Virus record (IMG/VR): IMGVR_UViG_3300045988_153198
Length of the DNA stretch: 64,000 bases
Reading direction: 5' to 3' (one strand)
Origin: a virus
This document shows positions 56,240 to 64,000 of the stretch, piece after piece. The notes under the pieces were generated by a model. That model was given only the letters and a program-made list of their open reading frames with translations, did not search any database and was not told the DNA's origin. A program made the translations under genes and the position numbers. Numbering within the stretch: position 1 is the first letter of the stretch; each line of letters begins with the position of its first letter.

Positions 56240-59200
56240 TTATTTGCCTTCTAATTTTTTGATTCTATTTTCTAAATCATCCAATTTATCTTCAACGTCT
56301 ATTTTATTTCGTCCAATAACTAATCGACTAGGTATTTTTACTCGACCAAATCTTAAAGAACCAAATTCAGATGCGGATGATTCTGTTAATAGTGTATTTG
56401 ATTCTTTGCCTATTACTAATTCAAAATAATGTGAACCAACTGCACCATCATACAGATTAAGATACATAAGCTTACTATATGAATCAATTCCATAACTATT
56501 AACATAAAAATAAATACTATCCTGTACTTTAAAATCCGTTGCGGTTATTTCTCCCATAACAACCGCACCATTGGAATATAACTTACCATCATGACCAACT
56601 CTGAACTTTGCATCAGAACCATCAGCTAAACTACCTCCAGCATAAAAAGCCATTGCAATACCAGATGAACCGATTCCTGAATATAAATTATTTTTATCTT
56701 TATATCTCAAATATCCGTTTCCAATATCCCAATTAGCAATTTTACCCTTTGATGAATATAACTCTCCATAGATAATTGCATTACTAGCTTGTAACAATCC
56801 TATTGAAGAAACCGAAAATCCTGTTGCACCATCTGAAGGTGTTTTACCAATTGTTCCATCAGTTTTTATATAAGCATCTAAACTTGGTGTTCCTTCCAAA
56901 TCAGAATATTTTCCGCTAAAAGCAACATCTGATAATCCACTGATATGTTCTGCATTAATTTCTGTATCATCCAAAAGAGTTAATTTTGTAGCAGTTATTT
57001 CACCAACAACTACTAAATTTCCAGATTTATCAAATGATAATACATTTCCATCTTTATTTTTTATATTAAAAATGGAACTTGCATTTGGGTTAATAGATAC
57101 AGTATCAACACCATTCGTCACCTGAAATCCGTTATTATCAAAAGTAAGATTTCCACTTTCATTATAAATTCCCAATTCTTTTCCAAGCAATAATCGTCCA
57201 ATAACCACTTCAGCATTAATACCATAAGCATTTTTTAATTCGCCTGTAATTGGGTCATTATAATAAAAATTACCGATTGCTGTCTTGGTAGTTTCCCAAT
57301 CATCATCAGTAATAGCAAGAGTAGAATTAATGATTTTTAACTGAGTCTTATCATAAGAATCGGTTATATCATTATACCTTCTGAATAGCATACCATGTTC
57401 ATCCCAAGTTTGAGTTTGATTATCTGCACCGCCAACAATCTTTGTATTTGTTGCATCTAATCCATTTTCAAACCATGATTTAAGTACATTATTACTATTT
57501 TCTCCTTGTGCTGCTTGCCTTTTGACTGAATCATAAGAAGTAGCCATAGAAGATGCTTTTGATAAAACATCTTGTATATCGGTTATACCAGAAGGAATTT
57601 TGGTTACATCCGAAAACTGAACAGAAGATAATTTTTCAAAATCATCAAAATCTATTTCATATTCTAATAAGCGTAATTTATAAACAGTATCATCTACTTG
57701 TACTCTAATCCAGTTTCCAACCTCAAAATGTTTTCTTAGAGGTTTAAATTTCTCTATTGTCAAAATATTTTTTAACGAAGCAGAAATTGAATGTTGTAGT
57801 TCTGCTGATTTATAAATTTCTTTATTTGCAACCTCAATAAATTCTAATGCCTTTTTAAATAACTCTACATTGCTCAATCCATCAGAAACATAATTGTCAT
57901 TTGAATATTTATCATCTCTTCTAAAAGAACAAAATTCTAACCATAAATTTTCTCCTAAATATTTTTGAAAATTAAGAGTATCTTGAATTTTATTTTTTTC
58001 TTTTAAAAGTAAAGTTTGAAATCCATCGGTTTTTAAAACACTATTCTCATCATATACTCCCAAAACAGAATCAATTTCTTTCTGTCTAACTGACATTTCA
58101 GCTTCAATTGCTTTTAGCTTATTAAAATATGGAGTATATAAATCACTGTACAAATTTGGTGTTTTTCCTGACCAAGTTTTTGAATCTGCAACACCTTGTT
58201 CAATCAAAATATCAATACAAGATTGACAAGCATCATGAAAACTATTCAAGGTATCGAGACAATATTTTTTTAATTCAGAACAAAAATCATTGTATTCTTT
58301 TTTGAATACTCCAGAAATACTCACATCTTCTGTATTCCCCTTATTAAGAGATTTTTCGATTTTTTGTTGTACATAAGTTTTATAATCATCATTCACAACA
58401 ATAGATACGGTATCACTTATTGCTGTATCTTCTTCATCAGAATAATTTGTGACTACAAAATTACCAGTCCAAACCTGATTCCATCTTTCAGAAGATAAGC
58501 TTGAAGTATTTACTTTTACTCTATATCTTGAATCAACGACTATTTTTGCCATTGCTAATACTACGTTATCAGCAGTAGCAACAGAAATATTACTTATATC
58601 CGAAACCGCAACAGGAGATATATTAGCTACTGTAAGTAATTTTGCTTGTTCGGCAGCAGTAGTATCACCCATTTTTGAATCAGGCATAAGCATTGACTTT
58701 AAATAACCACCCATATCAACTGTGTCATAATAGGCGGTCATAAGAGCAGAATATCCCTTAATAGGAATAGAAACTTCTTGTAAATCAGAATTGTATTTCT
58801 GATATTTTTTAACCAATGTATTGTATTGAGAAATATATGAACTATCAATTGATGCAACATAATCTGATTGATATGTCTGATATAAAGTATTATAAGATTC
58901 AATCTTTTCTAATAATTCATCTGACATATCTTCTTTTACATCATCTGAAAAATACCATATATAATCAGTTCCATTTGGATTGCAGTTTCTTATAGTGGCG
59001 GTCATTAAATCGTCACCAGCTTCAAGCTTAAAACAGTTTTTTACAGAATCAGTATCCGTTGTAAACTGAATATCTGCTCCACATTCATCTGAAGAAATAA
59101 AAATAGATGTATCTATACCATATCCTTCATTAATGTTTGTACTTTTACATTTAGGACAACTACCTGTAAATTCACCCCTATATCCACACTGATTACAATT

Positions 59201-59851
59201 TGATTCCAAATCATAAACAGCAATAGTTCTTAATATATTTCCATTTTCATCTGAAGCAGAATCAAATACAAACAAACAACCAATTTCTTCAGCAATTTGT
59301 TGTAATGCATCATAAATAGAAACACCATCAAAAGAAAATGTTCTTTGTATATTTGCGATTGTAGAATCTACATGAGTTATTTTATAATGCGGTGCTTTCT
59401 CTAATATACGATGTAAAAGAGAAGCTTCGGGATTTTTCTCTCTATATAATACTGTAGGAATTTTATAATCATCTCTAGCAATATCATCTTCTGTATTGAT
59501 TTCAATTGTATATAGTTGTATTTGAGACAATTCTGCTTGTCCAAGTCGAGTGCAATATACGGTTTTTACTGTTTCATTCGATTCATCCAACTCAACTCTT
59601 AATTGAAACCATATATCTTGTTCTTGCCACCAAGCTAATCGGAAATCTTTTATCTTATTCCATAAATGATTCTTTTTCCCATTAAGATATTTATTTACAT
59701 TAAAAGTAATTTCTGCTGCGTCTTTCATAGAATCTTTAATAGAAATTCCAGATGCAACAATTAATCCTAATTTCTTTCCTGTTTTTGTTGCCAGAATAAG
59801 AGTTGGATTTTCAGGACGATTAGTGGTATCAAAACGTATTTTCATTCCCAT
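56240..59851 (-). CDS. Tail-associated lysin-like / tail tip protein (Tal)
   Basis: 1203 aa, directly after Dit. N-terminal region resembles prophage tail endopeptidase-type proteins. Contains an inserted Cys4 ribbon CNQCGY...CPKC. Confidence 0.6.
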   Translation of the reverse strand: MGMKIRFDTTNRPENPTLILATKTGKKLGLIVASGISIKDSMKDAAEITFNVNKYLNGKKNHLWNKIKDFRLAWWQEQDIWFQLRVELDESNETVKTVYCTRLGQAELSQIQLYTIEINTEDDIARDDYKIPTVLYREKNPEASLLHRILEKAPHYKITHVDSTIANIQRTFSFDGVSIYDALQQIAEEIGCLFVFDSASDENGNILRTIAVYDLESNCNQCGYRGEFTGSCPKCKSTNINEGYGIDTSIFISSDECGADIQFTTDTDSVKNCFKLEAGDDLMTATIRNCNPNGTDYIWYFSDDVKEDMSDELLEKIESYNTLYQTYQSDYVASIDSSYISQYNTLVKKYQKYNSDLQEVSIPIKGYSALMTAYYDTVDMGGYLKSMLMPDSKMGDTTAAEQAKLLTVANISPVAVSDISNISVATADNVVLAMAKIVVDSRYRVKVNTSSLSSERWNQVWTGNFVVTNYSDEEDTAISDTVSIVVNDDYKTYVQQKIEKSLNKGNTEDVSISGVFKKEYNDFCSELKKYCLDTLNSFHDACQSCIDILIEQGVADSKTWSGKTPNLYSDLYTPYFNKLKAIEAEMSVRQKEIDSVLGVYDENSVLKTDGFQTLLLKEKNKIQDTLNFQKYLGENLWLEFCSFRRDDKYSNDNYVSDGLSNVELFKKALEFIEVANKEIYKSAELQHSISASLKNILTIEKFKPLRKHFEVGNWIRVQVDDTVYKLRLLEYEIDFDDFEKLSSVQFSDVTKIPSGITDIQDVLSKASSMATSYDSVKRQAAQGENSNNVLKSWFENGLDATNTKIVGGADNQTQTWDEHGMLFRRYNDITDSYDKTQLKIINSTLAITDDDWETTKTAIGNFYYNDPITGELKNAYGINAEVVIGRLLLGKELGIYNESGNLTFDNNGFQVTNGVDTVSINPNASSIFNIKNKDGNVLSFDKSGNLVVVGEITATKLTLLDDTEINAEHISGLSDVAFSGKYSDLEGTPSLDAYIKTDGTIGKTPSDGATGFSVSSIGLLQASNAIIYGELYSSKGKIANWDIGNGYLRYKDKNNLYSGIGSSGIAMAFYAGGSLADGSDAKFRVGHDGKLYSNGAVVMGEITATDFKVQDSIYFYVNSYGIDSYSKLMYLNLYDGAVGSHYFELVIGKESNTLLTESSASEFGSLRFGRVKIPSRLVIGRNKIDVEDKLDDLENRIKKLEGK

Positions 59852-59863
59852 AACTAATCCTCC

Positions 59864-60658
59864 TTAAAAACTCATTTTAACAACAGGCGAATATTTCAAC
59901 TTAATAGTACATGGAAGTGAGATAGTTAAATCATTTTTCTTATACTTGAATGTATTTGCAATACGAAAAAACACCCAGTTAAAATCATTCTCTAAATGAT
60001 GAGATGAGATAGAAGATGAGATTACTGGATAATCTAATTTGATAACCTCTCCAACAATGCAATTTTTAATTACCATTGTTCTATCCTCAATGGCATTATA
60101 AATACTCAACGTGCCAGCTTCATTTATTGTAATTTCTGTTTCTGGATAAATAAAACCTTCTTCATCTGATATATCATGAATAGTTTTCTTGCCATTTTTA
60201 ATCAGGTTTTTTACAATAATCTGTCTTGGTTCACGCAAAGCAAAAGGTCTATTGGTTGTTACTGCAAGTTCAAGTCCATATACTTTTCCATTTAGTTCAA
60301 TACGACTTACATTAAAACTTGCTTCAAAATATAAATCCAAATAATCACCATCAAGAAATTTGAGTTTATGAAATTCTTTTCTATTCAACCAACTCATTAA
60401 ATCTCTCAATTCTTTAAAAGGTATTTCCATATCATCTCCTAAACATGGATTTTTACAAATTTGAATAGTGGTTTCTAAACATTCGCCATATTCACTACTT
60501 GTTTGTTCATATTTAGAACCATTCAATGTAGAAGTTGTATTGAAGGTTATTTGTGAACCATTGGATACAGTTTGTGAACTTTCAGCATCAAACTGACAGA
60601 TTATATAACCCATATCACTTAAACACAAACCATCATATTCAAAATCATACGATTTCAC
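59864..60658 (-). CDS. Distal tail protein (Dit)
   Basis: Its position between the tape measure and Tal, and its size, fit Dit. Start tentatively moved to GTG 60658 behind GGAGGTG; the track start is a TTG at 60673. Confidence 0.55.
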   Translation of the reverse strand: MKSYDFEYDGLCLSDMGYIICQFDAESSQTVSNGSQITFNTTSTLNGSKYEQTSSEYGECLETTIQICKNPCLGDDMEIPFKELRDLMSWLNRKEFHKLKFLDGDYLDLYFEASFNVSRIELNGKVYGLELAVTTNRPFALREPRQIIVKNLIKNGKKTIHDISDEEGFIYPETEITINEAGTLSIYNAIEDRTMVIKNCIVGEVIKLDYPVISSSISSHHLENDFNWVFFRIANTFKYKKNDLTISLPCTIKLKYSPVVKMSF

Positions 60659-60681
60659 ACATATCACCTCCAATTTAATTT

Positions 60682-60999
60682 TTATCTTAATAACAACCTA
60701 ATCAATCTCCACTTACCTTTAAAAACAGTTTGATTCATAACCATTTTCATTTGTCTCAAATCTTCGATTAAACGAGTGTATTCTTCTCGTCTTTCACTTA
60801 AATCATCAATTACCTCATATAATTCAGTTCGAATATCTGTAATAGAATCAATAAGTTCAGTACGTTTTTCACTGTCAATCTCCAATTCAGAAATAGAAGA
60901 TTTCAATTTCTCAATTTCATCAAGTTGTCGCAATACAATCTTTTTTTGTGTTTCATATTTTTTTTCATACCTGTTTGTTTTTCTTCGATTCTTCTTCAT
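60682..60999 (-). CDS. Small coiled-coil protein
   Basis: Start set to ATG 60999 (MKKNRRKTNRY...) behind AAGGTGG. Confidence 0.45.
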   Translation of the reverse strand: MKKNRRKTNRYEKKYETQKKIVLRQLDEIEKLKSSISELEIDSEKRTELIDSITDIRTELYEVIDDLSERREEYTRLIEDLRQMKMVMNQTVFKGKWRLIRLLLR

Positions 61000-61069
61000 A
61001 TAAACCACCTTACAAAAATAGGGTTGCACACAATATAGTGGCAACCCATTTACAAAATACTATATATTG

Positions 61070-64000
61070 CTATCTTATTGCATTTCGTTTAGATAAAGAA
61101 CTTTTTCCAGCAACTCTATCAATAGTCATAGATAAAATCAGCTTTTCAAAATTCTTATCCTTTTGCATTTCACGTAAAAGTTGTTCGTAATTTTTGATAT
61201 TAGGGAAACTAAATACAACACTTTCCAAATTCTGATTATATACATTCTGAGAAGAACCATTGTTAGGTATATTTTGTGTAGCACCTAAATCAAGATTATC
61301 ACGAATAAAATCAGAAGGATTATTAGCCATATTCCAAATATTTCCACTTGCTTCATGATTCAAAACACTTCCCTTTTTGGCAATAGGAGTAAGAATAGCA
61401 CCATCAGACTTTCTAATAATGTATTCTTCCTTATTACCTTCCTGAGTCCATGCAAGTTCACTATTCGGCAAGTTTTTAACACCAGTTGCATATCCACTAA
61501 TCTGACTCAATTTCAACCAACCCAAGTCACCAGAGCCAAGTCTTTTACCTGTACTAATATGATATGGATATGGAGAACCCTTGTGTATTTTTGTAATGTA
61601 AACACTTCCTCCTCGATTGTGAGAACCATGTCTACCTCCACCATAAGAATCTTCATAATAGATACCACTATTGTACTTAACCTTATCACCAACTTCAGCT
61701 TTACCATTTCCAGAACCAGTTTTAGGTGTGGATGGCTTAGAAGGAGTAGATGGCTTAGAAGGAGTAGTGGATGGTTTAGATTGTGGTGAATTTGCAGCAG
61801 ATAAAGAAGCTGCTGATTGAGCTTTAGTATTAGCAAGTGTATTCAATTGTCCAATCATAGTAGCCAAATTGGTATTTATCATTCCAATCGCACTATTAAC
61901 AGTGGTTGCAGCAGATGAAATACCATTTTGAATATTTTGACCATAAGTTGTCAACACAGTTGTTATTTTAGTAGAATTTGTATCCCAAATGGTAGTCATA
62001 GACTCCGACAGGGTATAACCAACAGAATCAGCTTTCTCAGACAAAGTGGTACTAATTGTACCAGCATTAGTATTAATTTGTCCTATCATATCTGTGATTA
62101 ACGCATCCAGATTATCCAATCTTTGATTAAGAATAGTCTCATATTCATTATATAAATCATCCAATAATTGTTTCTGGTCAGAAATATATTTATCATACTG
62201 AGTATCTTCCAAATCACTCTTGGCATCCTCAAGAGAAACTTTTAATTTCTGAATTTTGGCTTTTGTTTCCTCGGAATCATCACCTTCATAAGCAGACATT
62301 TGTTTCTCAATAGAAGCTATTTCTTTTGTTTGTTCTGCAACCTTTTTCTGATAATCATACAAATCTTTTTGTCTATCCAAAGCATCTGTATATTTATCAA
62401 TCAATTCCTGTAAGGCATCTAATTCTAATTCAATACCTTCTTTTACCATATCTCGGATAGCTTCTTTTTCATCTTCAGCAGCAAGAATCATTTCCTGTTG
62501 CAATTCAAGAAGCTCCTGTCTACGTTGAGCGAGGTCTTGATTATATGGGTCTTTTGCAAGGTCTTTATCTATTTTCGCTATTTCTTGAGCATACTTATCA
62601 GCTTGAGCCATATACACATTGTAATTTACACCATGTAAACCCATAGTTGATTTCCCTTCATTCGTCAATTGTCCTTTATCATCATAAAGTTTATCATTCT
62701 CCATCAAATTGATTAAGAAATCTGCTTCGGTTGTGATATAGGAAATACGTTCTTGAAGAAGGTCAAATACTTGCCAATCAACTTCTCTGATAGATTTATT
62801 CAATTCAAGAACAGTTGTATTTGCCTGTTCAATAGATAAAGTAACTTCATCAATTTGATTTACCATTTCATACCATGCTTCAGAACCCTGTTTAATAGTT
62901 CCACTATTCACACCATTCTGAAGGGCGGTAAGTAAGTTGGCTTTTTCATTTTGAAGTTCTTTGATATTTTTCTTTTCCGCACTAATCTGTGCTTTATAAT
63001 AATTAGCACTTGTAATATATCCTTTTGCTTCTGATTGACTTATATACTCATCTAACATACTCTTTTCATGGTCAATAACACCAAGTATGCCTTCATATTT
63101 GGTTGCTACATTATCAAAAGCAGTTTTGTATAATTCTGCTTGTGTCTCTTTTAATTCCTCAATGGCATCTTTACAATCCAAAGCCTTTTCATACCATTCC
63201 TGATATTCCTTAATTTTATCTTGTAAGTTTTTATCTGAAATAGTATCAATATCAACTTTGCCTTCACGTACTTTTTTAGCCCAATCCGCAGATAATCCAA
63301 CAGATTTTGCCTGTTGAATATATCTATTGTAACCTTTTGACTGCAAATCTATTTCATTACCAATTTCAGAAATCTGACTTTTCAATGCAGAATTACGAGT
63401 ACCCCAAGATTTATATACGCTACTTGCCTTTAAATCTAAACGTGAAATAGCACGTTCCAATCTATCAATAGCAGTCTCAATCCAATCAAATGTTTCTTTA
63501 TCATCTTTTGAAGATGAAGAAGATGAACTACTTGATTTTCCACCCGAAGAACCACCGCCAGATTTGGAACTACCTCTACCACCACCACCAGATGTAGTAT
63601 GTTTAGTCTTTCCACCACTGGTAAATCTACCAGAACCACTTGAGAAAGCAGTACCTTCAGCTAAAGCTTTTCCTCTACCCGTACCATGAGTTATTTTTCC
63701 TTTTTCGAAAATTTCTTTTGTTTGGGCTGCATTAAAAATAATGTCACCTTTTTGATATTTAAAAAACTCAGCAGATTTATCACCAATTGTAAAGAATTTA
63801 CCATTCCTTACAACTAATTCCTGACCAAGTTCACCACCTAAAGCAACACCATTTTCTTTTGTACCCCAGTCACCTTGAGCAAAAGCAGTACCATTTGCAT
63901 GAGCTGTTCCATCTACACCAGCCACCTTTTTTGTGACAGTAGTAGCGGTAACAGTTTTGCTATATAATGAATCAATGGCAGACTTTAATGAACGAACCGC
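61070..64000 (-). CDS. Tail tape measure protein, 5' end beyond the window
   Basis: Frame stays open from 63925 to the window edge, with no in-frame stop. Long coiled-coil region, Gly/Ser-rich and Pro/Ser/Thr-rich linkers. Lies upstream of Dit and Tal. Confidence 0.75.
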   Translation of the reverse strand, partial: AVRSLKSAIDSLYSKTVTATTVTKKVAGVDGTAHANGTAFAQGDWGTKENGVALGGELGQELVVRNGKFFTIGDKSAEFFKYQKGDIIFNAAQTKEIFEKGKITHGTGRGKALAEGTAFSSGSGRFTSGGKTKHTTSGGGGRGSSKSGGGSSGGKSSSSSSSSSKDDKETFDWIETAIDRLERAISRLDLKASSVYKSWGTRNSALKSQISEIGNEIDLQSKGYNRYIQQAKSVGLSADWAKKVREGKVDIDTISDKNLQDKIKEYQEWYEKALDCKDAIEELKETQAELYKTAFDNVATKYEGILGVIDHEKSMLDEYISQSEAKGYITSANYYKAQISAEKKNIKELQNEKANLLTALQNGVNSGTIKQGSEAWYEMVNQIDEVTLSIEQANTTVLELNKSIREVDWQVFDLLQERISYITTEADFLINLMENDKLYDDKGQLTNEGKSTMGLHGVNYNVYMAQADKYAQEIAKIDKDLAKDPYNQDLAQRRQELLELQQEMILAAEDEKEAIRDMVKEGIELELDALQELIDKYTDALDRQKDLYDYQKKVAEQTKEIASIEKQMSAYEGDDSEETKAKIQKLKVSLEDAKSDLEDTQYDKYISDQKQLLDDLYNEYETILNQRLDNLDALITDMIGQINTNAGTISTTLSEKADSVGYTLSESMTTIWDTNSTKITTVLTTYGQNIQNGISSAATTVNSAIGMINTNLATMIGQLNTLANTKAQSAASLSAANSPQSKPSTTPSKPSTPSKPSTPKTGSGNGKAEVGDKVKYNSGIYYEDSYGGGRHGSHNRGGSVYITKIHKGSPYPYHISTGKRLGSGDLGWLKLSQISGYATGVKNLPNSELAWTQEGNKEEYIIRKSDGAILTPIAKKGSVLNHEASGNIWNMANNPSDFIRDNLDLGATQNIPNNGSSQNVYNQNLESVVFSFPNIKNYEQLLREMQKDKNFEKLILSMTIDRVAGKSSLSKRNAIR

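Overview
The window looks like part of a large, AT-rich tailed-phage genome of the Firmicutes/Clostridia type (AGGAGG-type RBSs, tight gene packing, rho-independent terminators). It could equally be a prophage. No rRNA, tRNA, CRISPR array, integrase or repressor was seen.

Layout:
- 1-30960, plus strand: replication and nucleotide-metabolism module. It holds a P-loop ATPase, DnaB-like helicase, Toprim primase, PD-(D/E)XK nuclease, DnaE-type Pol III alpha, RecD-like helicase, Ogg-like glycosylase, SleB-like hydrolase, LigA, NrdD/NrdG, dUTPase, a block of small unknown genes, an RNA-repair-like trio (RlaP-like nucleotidyltransferase, ADP-ribosylglycohydrolase, CCA-adding enzyme), ThyA, DHFR, DUF1653 and a guanylate-kinase-like dNMP kinase.
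- 30961-39003: a gene-poor accessory island. It holds a consensus promoter driving an ORF-less transcript, two paralogous minus-strand mini-cassettes, a helically phased repeat array, and a Tn7-like transposition module (tnsA-like, tnsB, tnsC, tniQ). One multi-repeat transposon end is clear. A second, outward-facing end copy lies 593 bp upstream. A lipoprotein gene and a tail-less SSB gene follow the module.
- 39027-64000, minus strand: late operon. In transcription order it holds a tape measure protein (open at the window edge), Dit, Tal, an embedded lysis cassette, three tail fibres that share an Mtd_N-like N-terminus (one is a 2551-aa giant with LamG, CotH-like and LRR regions), and a complete diversity-generating retroelement (DGR: VR, TR, RT) that diversifies the C-terminus of the last fibre.

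Three short sequence motifs recur across the phage and look like phage-specific regulatory signals. Manually derived coordinates were calibrated against the ORF-track boundaries but may be off by 1-2 nt. All functional calls rest on motifs read by eye, not on database searches.
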